Source of the DNA: Trichocoleus desertorum ATA4-8-CV12
GTDB taxonomy: Bacteria > Cyanobacteriota > Cyanobacteriia > FACHB-46
Length of the DNA: 64,000 nt
Reading direction: 5' to 3'
NCBI GenBank assembly: GCA_019358975.1
Contig: JAHHIL010000019.1
Span: forward strand, 1,473-65,472
Part shown: in pieces, positions 1-9,993 of the stretch
Layout: each line of letters opens with the position of its first letter
How positions within the stretch are numbered: the stretch's first letter is position 1
Program-made: the position numbers and the translations under genes
Notes under the pieces: generated by a model
Seen by the model: only the letters and a program-made list of their open reading frames with translations
Told to the model about the DNA's origin: nothing
The model's database searches: none

Positions 1-1890
1 CGCCCACTTGTAACTGTAGTATCCAGCCGCATATCCCCCCGCAAAGATGTGACCGAAGGCGCAGAGGAAGTCATCTTCGGGGAGTGGGGGCATTACGGTT
101 GTAGTTTCAGCGAGACGTTGCCGCACATCCTGCACCGTTTCACTGCCACCCGGTTGATAGTGAGCGTGGAGGACAAGGTCGAGCAAGCTGAAGTGTAGTT
201 GCCGTAACATGCCGCTCCCACTCATGTAATTACGGGCTGCCACGAGTTTGTCGTAGTAGTGCTCTGGTAGGGTTTCCCCGGTTTCGTAGTGCTTCGCCAT
301 GCTGAAGAGAGTGGCGCGATCGTAGCACCAGTTCTCCATAAACTGGCTGGGCAGCTCCACAGCATCCCACTCAATGTTGCGAATCCCAGCGGCTCCAGAA
401 TAGTCAACTTTGGTCAGCATGTGCTGAAGACCATGACCGAACTCGTGGAACAGCGTTTCAACTTCCCGGAAGTTCATGAGGCTGGGCTTGCCATCGATCG
501 GTGGGGTTTGGTTGCACACCAGGTAAGCTACGGGCAGACGAGTGCTTGCTTTCCCTTCTACGGTGAGTTTGGCGCGATTGACGCAATCATCCATCCAGGC
601 TCCCCCACGCTTCTCAGCAGGGCGGCTGTAGGGATCGAGATAGAAGTAGGCGATCGCGTCCCCAGTTTCATCGGAGATTTGGAAGTAGCGCACATCTTCG
701 TGCCACACCGGAGCTTGACCATCGGTAGCGGTGATGGTGACTCCAAACAGCCGCTTGGCTAACCCGAATAAACCATCTAAGGCTTGGGGTAAGGGGAAGT
801 AGGGGCGTAGTTCTTCATCGTTGAAGGCAAATTTTTCTTCCCGCTGACGCTCAGCCCAGTAGCTAACATCCCAATGCTTCAGCTCGCCAGATTCCCCTTT
901 TGAGGCAGCATAAGCTTTCAGGTCAGCCAAATCTTTGACCGCTGCATCGTAACTGACGCGGCGGAGTTCTTCCATCAACTGCTCTACCGCTGCCACGTTG
1001 GGAGCCATTTTGCTCGCTAAGCTGAGTTCGGCATAGTTATCAAAGCCAAGCAGTTGAGCTTGTTCTTTCCGCAAAGTCAGAATGCGATCGATTAGCGGGC
1101 GGTTATCTAGATCACCACTGGAAGCACGACTGACAAAGGCTTTATAGAGTTTTTCTCGCAAATCGGAGCGAGTGCTGTACTGCATGAAGGGGCCGTAGCT
1201 GGGAAAGTCGAGGGTGATCCGCCAGGGGCCATTCTCAGCGGTGGCGTTTTCTTCTCCAGCGGCACGGGCAGCTTGAGCGGCAAGGCTCAACAAGCTAGGT
1301 GGCAACCCATTGACTTCTTCTGGAGTGGTCAAGGTCATGCTGAAAGCTTTGGTAGCATCCAACACATGATTAGAAAACTGAGTAGACAGCTCAGCCATTT
1401 CCATCTGGATGGCATTGAAGCGCTCTTTGGCTTCGCCTTCTAACCCCACACCCGACAACTCAGCTTCCCGAATGGCCGCCTCAACAATCCGTTTCTGGGC
1501 AGGCTCCAAACTGTTCCAGGCTTCGCTACTTCGCAGCGCTTTGAAGCCTTCATACACAGGTTTGCTTTGACCAAGTTTGGTCCAAAACTGCACCACATGG
1601 GGCTGCATTTGTTCATGAGCTTCCCGCATTTCTGGGCTGTTTTTTACCCCCATTAAGTGCCCCACAATTCCCCAACTCCAACCAATGCGATCGCTCAGAC
1701 GGTCGAGGGGTTCGACTAAGCTGCTCCAAGTTGGCTGCACATTTGCTTCTAAGGTTGCCAGTTCTTGCTCTAGCTCTTGCAGCAGTTGGGTAATTCCTGG
1801 AACCACATGCTCTGGCTTGATGGCATCAAAGGGGGGCAGTCCTTGGCCAATCAGCAAGGGGTTTTGGGTGAGGGTGGCACTTGCACTCAT
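1..1890 (-). CDS. prlC: Oligopeptidase A, M3-family zinc metallopeptidase (C-terminus cut by the window edge)
   Basis: Absent from the ORF track because it runs off the window. My minus-strand translation from ATG 1890-1888 is open to position 1 (MSASATLTQNPLLIGQGLPPFDAIKPEHV...GYYSYKWA). It contains the HEFGH zinc motif encoded near 430-447 and M3-type flanking sequence (FHEFGHGLQHMLT). Confidence 0.85.
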   Translation of the reverse strand, partial: MSASATLTQNPLLIGQGLPPFDAIKPEHVVPGITQLLQELEQELATLEANVQPTWSSLVEPLDRLSDRIGWSWGIVGHLMGVKNSPEMREAHEQMQPHVVQFWTKLGQSKPVYEGFKALRSSEAWNSLEPAQKRIVEAAIREAELSGVGLEGEAKERFNAIQMEMAELSTQFSNHVLDATKAFSMTLTTPEEVNGLPPSLLSLAAQAARAAGEENATAENGPWRITLDFPSYGPFMQYSTRSDLREKLYKAFVSRASSGDLDNRPLIDRILTLRKEQAQLLGFDNYAELSLASKMAPNVAAVEQLMEELRRVSYDAAVKDLADLKAYAASKGESGELKHWDVSYWAERQREEKFAFNDEELRPYFPLPQALDGLFGLAKRLFGVTITATDGQAPVWHEDVRYFQISDETGDAIAYFYLDPYSRPAEKRGGAWMDDCVNRAKLTVEGKASTRLPVAYLVCNQTPPIDGKPSLMNFREVETLFHEFGHGLQHMLTKVDYSGAAGIRNIEWDAVELPSQFMENWCYDRATLFSMAKHYETGETLPEHYYDKLVAARNYMSGSGMLRQLHFSLLDLVLHAHYQPGGSETVQDVRQRLAETTTVMPPLPEDDFLCAFGHIFAGGYAAGYYSYKWA

Positions 1891-2030
1891 AGGTTATCTT
1901 TTTTCTTCGGCATATCTATTACCCCTCACTGTAACGAATGCCTGACATAGACAACCAGTGCGGAAACCCCATCCGCGATCGCCCGCCCGTTCAATGACCT
2001 GTCGGCGTAAAGCTGCTGAGACATAAGTAC

Positions 2031-2438
2031 TCATGCTTGTGGCTTACGCTGCGTCATGGCATGGGTTTTAGCCAGACGTACCAAATGCTCCAGAGTCAGG
2101 TATCGCTCTAGTTCAGCTTCTCCTTTGGCAGCCAGTGTCCCAGCTTTGCTTTGTGCCAATAGATCACTTACTCGCATTTGAAACTCTGGGGAGGGGCGAA
2201 TTGCTAAAATCTGTTCTGAGCTGGGTTGGCTCGCAAGCAGGGTAATGATGTCTTGCTCATCTAAAAAGTTGGATTGATGGTGTTGAGATTCAAATTCTTG
2301 TAATCCAAGCTCTAACAATTGCGGTAGTTGGGCTTGAAACTGCTGAAGACGTTGGGCAAGGTCATCTAGGGATATTAATGGTAATTTGTGCCATAGCAAT
2401 TTAAAGGTAGGAAGATTGTTTTGATTATAGAAATTCAA
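2031..2438 (-). CDS. Hypothetical protein; the C-terminal half resembles a conserved cyanobacterial family
   Basis: 135-aa ORF with a TTG start. The tail (IRPSPEFQMRVSDLL...ELERYLTLEHLVRLAKTH) resembles a small protein family I recall as common in cyanobacteria. No catalytic motif is visible. Confidence 0.4.
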   Translation of the reverse strand: MNFYNQNNLPTFKLLWHKLPLISLDDLAQRLQQFQAQLPQLLELGLQEFESQHHQSNFLDEQDIITLLASQPSSEQILAIRPSPEFQMRVSDLLAQSKAGTLAAKGEAELERYLTLEHLVRLAKTHAMTQRKPQA

Positions 2439-2497
2439 TCATCAAGCCTCACTGAGTGAGCTGTGCGATCGCTCCTTTTCCAAGAGAGAATGGTTGT

Positions 2498-3130
2498 ATG
2501 GTTAGCCCCACCCTTCCGCAACTTGAACAAAAAGTTCAGCTCTCTGGCATTAGTTGGCAGACGTATCAAGCCTTGCTGAATGAGCTGAGCGATCGCCGTT
2601 TGCGCCTTACCTATAACCAAGGCAATCTCGAAATTATGGTTCCATCGCCTGAACATGAGTTCTACAAAACACTCATGGGTCGCTTTGTGGAAACCATAGC
2701 CGAGGAACTCAAAATCAAAATTCATCCCTTGGGTTCCACCACATTTGCTCGTGAAGATTTAGGCCGAGGTCTAGAACCCGACGAGTGTTTTTATATCCGC
2801 AATCAAGCTGCTGTCAAAGGCAAAAAGCGGTTAGACCCGACTCAAGATCCACCGCCGGATTTAGTGATTGAAATTGACATTACCAGTCGCTCTCGCGATC
2901 GCATGGCTTTCTATGCAGCCCTAGGCGTACCCGAAATCTGGCGCTACGATGGCAAAGTCTTCCAGGTTTATCAACTCCAAAATCAGGAATATCAACTCTC
3001 TGAACAGAGCCTCACTTTTCCTAACATTCCAATCACGGAAATCGCCCGCTTTCTAGAGCAATCTGCAACTACAGACTATTTAGATCTCGTGGCTGAATTT
3101 CGCGATTGGCTCAAAGCGCAGGTGACATGA
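2498..3130 (+). CDS. Uma2-family (DUF820) putative endonuclease
   Basis: Typical Uma2 layout: ISWQTYQALL...RLTYNQGNLEIMVPSPEHE...EPDECFYI...PPDLVIEIDITS...K...Y..LGVPEIWRYD. Start moved to ATG 2498, the internal Met of the 2456 ORF. Confidence 0.8.
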   Translation: MVSPTLPQLEQKVQLSGISWQTYQALLNELSDRRLRLTYNQGNLEIMVPSPEHEFYKTLMGRFVETIAEELKIKIHPLGSTTFAREDLGRGLEPDECFYIRNQAAVKGKKRLDPTQDPPPDLVIEIDITSRSRDRMAFYAALGVPEIWRYDGKVFQVYQLQNQEYQLSEQSLTFPNIPITEIARFLEQSATTDYLDLVAEFRDWLKAQVT

Positions 3131-3147
3131 GTTGCGATCGCCCTGTT

Positions 3148-4533
3148 TTATTCCCCGCTCACCAATTGTTCGATCGCATCTGCTTTTGTAGGAAGCGCTG
3201 CCGTCAGCACCTCAGAACTCGATTCTGTCACCAGCACATCATCTTCAATTCGGATGCCACGCACATCGGCAAACTGGGCCAGGCGATCCCAATTCACCAC
3301 GTCCTTGTAGCGCGATCGCCGTTCTGGGTCATTCAAAATTGCGGGCACTTGATAGAAACCGGGTTCAATCGTCACCAACATTCCTGGACGTAACGGGCGA
3401 TCGAGCCTTAAGTAACAGAGACCAAAGCGATCGCTGCGTTTTCTCCCTGCCTCATACCCTGCCAAGTCGCCCAAATCCTCCATATCATGCACATCCATAC
3501 CCAAGATGTGACCCACGCCATGCGGAAAGAACAGCGCGTGAGCATCCATTGCGACGAGGTCTTCTGGCTTGCCGCGCAGAATGCCTAAATCTAACAAACC
3601 TGCGGCAATAAGCAAGGCAGCGCTGAGGTGAAGGTCACGATACTCCACCCCTGGCTCAACTTTGGCAATGCAGATATCGTGGGCAGCTAGCACCACCTCA
3701 TACAGCACCCGTTGCGTAGGTGAAAACTTACCGGAAACAGGCCACGTCCGGGTGACATCTGCGGCCCAACCGCTGGCCGTTTCTGCCCCCACATCAGCCA
3801 AAAGCAAATCTCCAGACTTGAGGGCGTGGTGATACTGCTCATTGTGCAGCACCTCCCCCTGCACCGTGACGATGCTGTTGTAGGCAGAGGTCATATTCTG
3901 CGCTACAAACACGCTTTCCATAGAGGCTCGCACTGCCGCTTCGGTTTTGGCTCCAGGAGTTACTGCCATTCCGACACGATGGGCATTCACGGTGGCGACT
4001 GCTGCTTGTTTCAACTCTGCGATCGCCGCAGCATCATGAGTTAGCCGCAGAGTTACGATCGCCTCAGCTAGCGCTAAATCAATGCCTGTTAGTTGATGGG
4101 CAGGAGGGAGCGATCGCCCTAAAATCTGTGCCTGTTGCTGCTGAGTTGCGGTGTCTTGGACTGGAATTGTGGCCGCGCCAGCTGCTCGCATGCCTAAATC
4201 AGCTAGAGGAAAGGCAGCATCCGCACCGATCGCCGTAGCAATTTCATCACGAGTGGGGGTGGGCCCATGCCAGAGGGCGCTAGCAGGCGTGCCTTCATCT
4301 ATAAATAATTCCAGCTTGCCCGCTTCTAGCCGGACTGCTGCATTTTCTAGCGGTAAGCCCGCAAAGTAGAGAAAGTGGCTGCTGGCCCGAAACGGATACA
4401 CGTTAGCGGGAAAGTTGCGGGAACTGCGCCCGCCTGACCACAGCACCACGGGGCCATCAAATAAAGCCGCTAAACGCTGACGGCGATCGCGCAAAGCAGT
4501 GGCCAGCGCTTCAGGATTGCTAGGAATTTGCAT
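3148..4533 (-). CDS. pepP: Xaa-Pro aminopeptidase (M24B family)
   Basis: Contains HGVGHILGMDVHD, TIEPGFY and IRIEDDV metal-ligand motifs plus an N-terminal AMP_N-like region. Confidence 0.8.
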   Translation of the reverse strand: MQIPSNPEALATALRDRRQRLAALFDGPVVLWSGGRSSRNFPANVYPFRASSHFLYFAGLPLENAAVRLEAGKLELFIDEGTPASALWHGPTPTRDEIATAIGADAAFPLADLGMRAAGAATIPVQDTATQQQQAQILGRSLPPAHQLTGIDLALAEAIVTLRLTHDAAAIAELKQAAVATVNAHRVGMAVTPGAKTEAAVRASMESVFVAQNMTSAYNSIVTVQGEVLHNEQYHHALKSGDLLLADVGAETASGWAADVTRTWPVSGKFSPTQRVLYEVVLAAHDICIAKVEPGVEYRDLHLSAALLIAAGLLDLGILRGKPEDLVAMDAHALFFPHGVGHILGMDVHDMEDLGDLAGYEAGRKRSDRFGLCYLRLDRPLRPGMLVTIEPGFYQVPAILNDPERRSRYKDVVNWDRLAQFADVRGIRIEDDVLVTESSSEVLTAALPTKADAIEQLVSGE

Positions 4534-4551
4534 AACTAGACCGTAGCAGCT

Positions 4552-5166
4552 CTATTCTTTGACCAAAACCCCATTGAGGAAAATATCGGCTAAACCTTCG
4601 GCCATTTCTTGCATGGCTTTTGGTGAAGCCTTCTCACCCATCACCGTATCTTGGCTAAAACCTGCGATCGTAAACATGCCCAAGAAAATGCGCGCTACGA
4701 TTCTGGGGTTCATGGGGCGGTAAACGCCACGATCCATCGCAGTTTGAAAAAAGGCTTCGGCCACATCCGTCATCTTATCGACCACTTCTAGTTGGATGCG
4801 ATCGCGCAAATCGGGATGAAACTGCGCTTCCATAAAGCAAACGCGCAGCATGTCCATGTTTTGGTGGAGGTTCAGCATCCGTCGCCGCATCACCTGAGCT
4901 ACTGCTTTATAGCTGCCCATTTCGCTCAGCTCGGTCAGCAAATCCGTCAGGATCTCTATCCATCCTTGCGTGGCAACTTCAATCAAAATTGCCTTTTTAT
5001 TGGGGAAATGCCGAAATAATGTTCCCTCTGCGACCGCTGCTGCTTGAGCTAAATCTCGCGTGGTCGTCCCGTCGTAACCTTGTCGCGAGAACAATCTCTG
5101 GGCAGCTTGCAGAATCCGAGTTCGTGTTTCTGCTTCCGATTGGGGCGGTCGATTGCCAATTCGCAT
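4552..5166 (-). CDS. TetR/AcrR-family transcriptional regulator
   Basis: N-terminal HTH region (RILQAAQRLFSRQGYDGTTTRDLAQAAAVAEGTLFRHFPNK). It lies 18 nt upstream of pepP on the same strand. Confidence 0.85.
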   Translation of the reverse strand: MRIGNRPPQSEAETRTRILQAAQRLFSRQGYDGTTTRDLAQAAAVAEGTLFRHFPNKKAILIEVATQGWIEILTDLLTELSEMGSYKAVAQVMRRRMLNLHQNMDMLRVCFMEAQFHPDLRDRIQLEVVDKMTDVAEAFFQTAMDRGVYRPMNPRIVARIFLGMFTIAGFSQDTVMGEKASPKAMQEMAEGLADIFLNGVLVKE

Positions 5167-5565
5167 ATAGCTTAAAAAATGGGGGTCATGTTGTCAGACC
5201 AGATACCGTCATTTTCTATCAAGTGAGCAATCAATCCGTCAAAGTTTCACATAACCTTACATAAGTTGTAAGTTTGTGATTTACGGGCTAAATTTTGCGG
5301 CAGTTGTGCATTCTCTATAACAGCTACCTATCTTGAAAAAAATGGAATTCTTAGTAGAAATATTTCATGCGATTGAAAGTACGGTAATTGCGATCGCTCT
5401 TTAGAAAACAACCGAACCACCTCAATTTTTCACATGGCTATCTTAATACTTATAGAGAGTTGAACGAACTAGCTAAAACCTTTGCAGAGCCGAGTATGTC
5501 AAGGTTTTGTTGAGAAGCTAGTCACCATCAAGCTCCCCTTAAATCAAGTATTGGAGGTAACTACT

Positions 5566-6009
5566 ATGGCACTCGTACGTTGGGAACCCTTCCGAGAAGT
5601 TAACGGCCTACAACGAGAAATGAATCGGCTTTTCGATCGCTTAGCTAATGTAGACGAAGGCGGTTTAACGAATACCGGAGTACCTTTTATCCCAGCCGCA
5701 GAAATTCACGAAACAGGAGATACCATTCAGCTCAAAGTTGAAGTTTCTGGACTCGAAGCTCAAGATCTAGATGTACGGGCTTCTGCTGAGGCTGTTTCCA
5801 TCCGAGGCGAACGAAAATCTGAAACCAAAACTGAAGAAAAAGGTATGATTCGCTCGGAATTTCGCTATGGCCAATTCCAGCGCGTAATCCCGCTACCTAA
5901 CTGCATTAAGAACGACGAAGTAGCAGCGGAATTCAAGAATGGTGTCCTCACTTTGACTCTACCGAAAGTTGATGAAGAGAAGAACAAAGTTGTACAGCTT
6001 GTAACCTAG
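5566..6009 (+). CDS. hspA: Small heat-shock protein, Hsp20/alpha-crystallin family
   Basis: MALVRWEPFREVNGLQREMNRLFD..., then IPAAEIHETGDTIQLKVEVSGL, and the C-terminal GVLTLTLPK motif. ATG 5566 is preceded by GGAGGT at 5553-5558, so the longer track ORF start at 5482 is rejected. Confidence 0.9.
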   Translation: MALVRWEPFREVNGLQREMNRLFDRLANVDEGGLTNTGVPFIPAAEIHETGDTIQLKVEVSGLEAQDLDVRASAEAVSIRGERKSETKTEEKGMIRSEFRYGQFQRVIPLPNCIKNDEVAAEFKNGVLTLTLPKVDEEKNKVVQLVT

Positions 6010-6091
6010 ACGGGCTAAGCCTGGAAGCGGATGGCAATCGCTGAAAAATCTTTCACCATAGGAGCATAAGTTACAAACCTGCTCGCCTAGA

Positions 6092-6697
6092 TTGAGTACG
6101 ATAAGTATTATTAAGAAACATAAACAAACTTTGCCATATTTCGTAAGGGGACTGATTTCAGTGGCACCACTTCTACAGTTTGCAAAAACGACTGAGGAAT
6201 CTTTGATCGCTGAGTTTTTCCGCAAATCGGAAGGTCAGTGGCGATCGGAACGGCGCTATTACACGCTCCCCGCAGGAGACACGCAAGAAATGGTGAGCTT
6301 TATCACCATTCGGTTTTTAGAAGCAGGTTGTGACGAACTGGCACGCTTGGCAGCGTTGCACGAATTGAGCGATGCCGTCACTCTCACTTGCGGTGCCCAC
6401 GTCACTTGGGAAAGCCGAGAGTCTGTTTCGGGCCGCAAGAAATCTAAAGGCTCAACCTTGTTTGGAGCCGCAGGCAATATCTTGTATCGCGATCGCGGTT
6501 TCGCGACAGTCAAGCCTGTCAAAGCTGAGTATCACTTTTCAACTCCCCAAACTCTTTGCCTTAAGACTGAGTACGAGGGTTCCATGTTTGAGGAAGAACT
6601 AAAACTAGTGGGTGATCATTACCGCACCCGCCAAACCATTATTTCCCGGGCAGGTGAACAGCAGATGATCGGTCAGTATTTGGAAACCCGGATGTAA
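6092..6697 (+). CDS. CpcS/CpeS-family phycobiliprotein (bilin) lyase-like protein
   Basis: The FFRKSEGQWRSERRYY motif matches the FF..S.G.W.SQR signature of CpcS/CpeS lyases, and the length of about 180-200 aa fits. Start is uncertain: TTG 6092 or GTG 6161. Confidence 0.55.
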   Translation: MSTISIIKKHKQTLPYFVRGLISVAPLLQFAKTTEESLIAEFFRKSEGQWRSERRYYTLPAGDTQEMVSFITIRFLEAGCDELARLAALHELSDAVTLTCGAHVTWESRESVSGRKKSKGSTLFGAAGNILYRDRGFATVKPVKAEYHFSTPQTLCLKTEYEGSMFEEELKLVGDHYRTRQTIISRAGEQQMIGQYLETRM

Positions 6698-6786
6698 TGC
6701 AGGACTCCAGATTCATGAGATAGGGTGGGCTTAGGCTCACCTCCTTTAGGTTGGGTAGGTTCCACCTAACTCTGACGGAGAAACAG

Positions 6787-7029
6787 ATGGTTCAAGAAGT
6801 TAGGCCCAACGAAGAACCGCTTTACAGTTGCACGGTACTCGTCGAGGCGCTGACAGCCCACCCGGATGAAGAAGTTGTGTCTTTTGGCAACTCCCCAGAA
6901 ACTGCCCGTGAGCAAGCCCAGCAACTGTTGATCGCTCACTATGGTTGCTCTCTGGAACAGGCTCAGCAAATGATCGAGCAAGGCACTATAGAAGCGCTAT
7001 CACCGTGGTGTGTAGCTAGCGATCGCTAG
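6787..7029 (+). CDS. Small hypothetical protein
   Basis: ATG 6787 has a GGAG about 8 nt upstream. The sequence looks protein-like, but no family is recognised. Confidence 0.4.
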   Translation: MVQEVRPNEEPLYSCTVLVEALTAHPDEEVVSFGNSPETAREQAQQLLIAHYGCSLEQAQQMIEQGTIEALSPWCVASDR

Positions 7030-7213
7030 TTTTCATTTCTTTTGTGGAAGTCAGGCTAGCGATCGCTTAAATTCAACGTTTTTTGCTGTAAGGTGCGTGA
7101 GTCCCATACCCTACGTTTACTTGAAATTGATGGACACCCAAAGAGAACTGATTCTTGATTAACTACTAATTCTTGGGCAAACTACCCAATAACCAACCTA
7201 AGCAATCGTAGTT

Positions 7214-7600
7214 GTGCAGTCAAAATCCTCTCGCTCAATAAAATATGCTGCTTTTCTTGCCTTGTCAGCAGTCACCATTGCAGTAGCATACATAGACAGC
7301 CGAGAGCCACAGCTTGCATGGTGGCAAAGTATGCAAAGCTGGCTAAAAATTCACGTTGCCCAGTCAGATTCCGAAAATCCAAGCACAACTCCTATCACTT
7401 CAACACCCCAAGAAAAAACTGTTGAAAGCTCGGAGCAGCTTGACACTCCAGTTGGTCCTTTGAGCATTACCAAATACCGTGGGGACGAGTGCTTATATGC
7501 TAAGGCAACTACTGCTCATGCTAATCACTATGGCAGGCTAGAGCAACTAAAGAAACCATTGAAGGACCGTTATCAAGCAACTTGCGTATTGTGGCATTAG
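7214..7600 (+). CDS. Hypothetical protein with an N-terminal membrane anchor
   Basis: 128-aa ORF with a GTG start. It has a hydrophobic N-terminal segment (YAAFLALSAVTIAVAYI) followed by a Ser/Thr/Pro-rich linker. Confidence 0.4.
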   Translation: MQSKSSRSIKYAAFLALSAVTIAVAYIDSREPQLAWWQSMQSWLKIHVAQSDSENPSTTPITSTPQEKTVESSEQLDTPVGPLSITKYRGDECLYAKATTAHANHYGRLEQLKKPLKDRYQATCVLWH

Positions 7601-7604
7601 ATTC

Positions 7605-9317
7605 TTAATAATGGGTGCCAGTTTTGCGGTGGTGGACGGCGGTAAGGGCGTTAGATTCCAGGACTTTGCCGCTATCCGCGATCGCATACAGCAACCAGTG
7701 ATCGCCACACTCCATCCGGTTTTCCACACGACATTCTAGATAGGCCAGAGCATCTTTGAGGATCGGAGCGCCATCACTGGTGAGTTCTGTTTCTACGCCT
7801 TGAAAGCGATCTTCCGCAGGGCCGAACGGCTTCAGGAAGTGCTTCATGAGGCCGAGGTTGTTGCCTTCTGCCAAAATATTCAAGACAAATTGGCTACCGG
7901 GATACATCAAGGACTCGATCGCCCGCTCTTTCGCCACAGCTACGGTCAAACCAGGGGGGCTAAAGGTAGCTTGAGACACCCAGGAGGCCAGCATTGCACT
8001 CGCAACCTCTTCTTGCTTTGAGGTGACAATGCAAAGCGAACCGACAAGACGGCCCACGGCTTGCTCTAGCGAGGTGGCAGGTTGTCTCGGTTCCCGCACT
8101 TTCTTGGCTTTTTTCAAGGCTTGGGCAAAGTCGGTGCCTGCCTCTTCGCACATTTTGATCGTCACTTCCGTGGGCTTGAACTTGACCCGAATCGTCTCGA
8201 AGCCTAAGCTGTACCCTGCGTCCTTAAACTTACCTTCGATCAGGTCGATCGCTTCGCCACTCCAACCGAAGGAGCCAAACACTCCCGCTAACTTGTTTTT
8301 AGCTGCTGTGGAGAGGACAATTCCTAACGCGGTTTGGATCGGGGTGGGGGCATGGCCACCCAAGGTAGGAGACCCCATGATGAATCCGGCGCACTTCTCC
8401 ACCGCCGCTTGAATTTCACCGGGTTCAGCAATTTCGCAGTTGATCGATTCCACACCAACGCCTGCTTTGGTAATGCCTCGCGCGATCGCCTGGGCCAGAG
8501 TCGCGGTGTTGCCATAAGCCGAAGCGTACAACAGCGCTACCGAAAGTTCTTGGGATTTTTGCTGTTGGCTCCAATGCTGGTAAGCGTGGGTCAGCTCTGT
8601 GAGGCCATAGCGCACCAAAGGCCCATGTCCTGGCGCATAGAACTTGACGCTCAAGTCGGCTAGCTTATCCAGGGCCGTTTCCACTTGACGAGCGTGGGGA
8701 GCCATCAAACAGTCGTAATAATAGCGGCGATCGTCACTGAAAACTGTCCAGCCTTCATCAAATACTTGGTCGCCGCAGATGTGAGCGCCAAATAATTTAT
8801 CGGTGTAGAGAATCTGAGTTTTGGGGTCGTAGGTGCAGAGACTATCGGGCCAGCGAGGACTGGGGGTGGGGATGAATTGTAGATGGTGTCCTTGACCCAG
8901 ATCTAGGGTTTCTTCACCCCGCACGACCAGAATGTTGAGTTCTTGATTGCCGAGGGCATTGCGGAGGGCGATCGCCCCTGGATTGGAACAAACAAAGGTG
9001 ATCTGGGGTGCAATGTCGAGCAAGGTTTGTAGCGTGATGGCTCGGTTGGGGTTGACGTGCCCCAGAATCACATAATCCAGTTGCTTCAGATTCAGGCGTT
9101 TCTTTAACTCGGTGAGATAGGTTTCTGCAAATGACTCACCTGGCGGATCAATCAGGGCGGTTTGGTCACCGCGAATCAAGAAAGAGTTGGCTGTGGTGCC
9201 TCGTTGCCGTGCGTACTCAATCTCAAAGCGGAGACGAGTCCAACTGCGCGATCGCAATACGGTTGTATCAAGGGCGATCGGTAAAATTTGCACGTCTCTG
9301 GGTTTAGTTTCCACCAT
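7605..9317 (-). CDS. Flavodiiron protein, cluster-A type (Flv1/Flv2-like, non-canonical diiron ligands)
   Basis: Three-domain class-C FDP: metallo-beta-lactamase, flavodoxin and a flavin-reductase-like C-terminus. Its length is typical of cyanobacteria. The HxExDH position reads H-V-N-P-N-R (ILGHVNPNRAIT). Start set to the internal ATG 9317 (MVETKPRDVQILPIA). Confidence 0.85.
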   Translation of the reverse strand: MVETKPRDVQILPIALDTTVLRSRSWTRLRFEIEYARQRGTTANSFLIRGDQTALIDPPGESFAETYLTELKKRLNLKQLDYVILGHVNPNRAITLQTLLDIAPQITFVCSNPGAIALRNALGNQELNILVVRGEETLDLGQGHHLQFIPTPSPRWPDSLCTYDPKTQILYTDKLFGAHICGDQVFDEGWTVFSDDRRYYYDCLMAPHARQVETALDKLADLSVKFYAPGHGPLVRYGLTELTHAYQHWSQQQKSQELSVALLYASAYGNTATLAQAIARGITKAGVGVESINCEIAEPGEIQAAVEKCAGFIMGSPTLGGHAPTPIQTALGIVLSTAAKNKLAGVFGSFGWSGEAIDLIEGKFKDAGYSLGFETIRVKFKPTEVTIKMCEEAGTDFAQALKKAKKVREPRQPATSLEQAVGRLVGSLCIVTSKQEEVASAMLASWVSQATFSPPGLTVAVAKERAIESLMYPGSQFVLNILAEGNNLGLMKHFLKPFGPAEDRFQGVETELTSDGAPILKDALAYLECRVENRMECGDHWLLYAIADSGKVLESNALTAVHHRKTGTHY

Positions 9318-9993
9318 AGATTCTCGCCTTAGGAAAATATTGCTTGAGAAAATTGGGACTACAGCCAAAGCGCCGGAGCATATTTGGCAAATCTGCGCGT
9401 CTGACATCCATCAGCGATAGAATCGCTTCGGCTTGCTGAGCGCGGAAATCGTTCTTTAGAACCGCATTTAACTTTTCTTGGCGATTGGCCTTTTGTTCTG
9501 CCGTCAGCGAGACATCGTTTCTAAAGTAATTTTCTAAGAAATCAATCCCATCCGTAAGGTCCGGGCAAAGATTGAGTACTCGCTCCACGTCTGTCCAGAA
9601 AGCGGCAGTACGGCCTGTTTCTTTGGAGGCAATCAAGGCATAAGCAACGCGAATCAACCGAACGTAGATGATTTTAATGTCTAACGTAAAAAAGCCCGTG
9701 TCAGTCCGAGCATTCATCAACGTGACAAACCCCACCCCAAATCCTAACGCTTGGCTCACCAAGGCCCAGTCGATTGTGGGCCGCGTGGTCATCGAAGTGG
9801 TCATCCAAAACAGGAAGCAGGGAAATAAAAACTGAGCGGCTGCCCACACCCAAACTCCCCCAGTTTTGAAAGGCTCAAAAAAAGGGAGGAATTTACAGTC
9901 GTCTGCTAGCTGTTTAAAGGCCACTGCAATATTGATCACCCCTGGAATTGCTAAGACTAAAAGCCAGGGCAACCAATTGATCAATTCACTCAC
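9304..9993 (-). CDS. Membrane protein of unknown function inside the flv operon
   Basis: 229 aa with a GTG start. It has several hydrophobic helices (WLPWLLVLAIPGVINIAVAF; VWVWAAAQFLFPCFLFWM; LGFGVGFVTLM). It shares a GTGA overlap with the upstream ORF and overlaps the downstream flv start by 14 nt. Confidence 0.55.
   Translation of the reverse strand: MSELINWLPWLLVLAIPGVINIAVAFKQLADDCKFLPFFEPFKTGGVWVWAAAQFLFPCFLFWMTTSMTTRPTIDWALVSQALGFGVGFVTLMNARTDTGFFTLDIKIIYVRLIRVAYALIASKETGRTAAFWTDVERVLNLCPDLTDGIDFLENYFRNDVSLTAEQKANRQEKLNAVLKNDFRAQQAEAILSLMDVRRADLPNMLRRFGCSPNFLKQYFPKARIYGGN

Noticed and set aside
222-762. Track ORFs 222-407(-), 289-762(+) and 558-746(-)
   Set aside because: They lie inside, and out of frame or antisense to, the long uninterrupted M3 peptidase frame (1-1890, minus). 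That frame has clear motifs, and these ORFs have none.
2435-2725. 96-aa minus-strand ORF overlapping the Uma2 gene
   Set aside because: It is antisense to a well-supported Uma2-family CDS and has no recognisable features. It is most likely a shadow ORF.
9318-9407. N-terminal 30-aa extension of the downstream flavodiiron ORF (track start 9407). The same applies to the extensions at 12259-12276, 53623-53736, 5482-5565, 26150-26215 and 26938-26994.
   Set aside because: In each case the internal Met aligns with the conserved family N-terminus. In several cases it is preceded by a Shine-Dalgarno-like GGAG or GAGG. The extensions overlap upstream genes or look non-protein-like.
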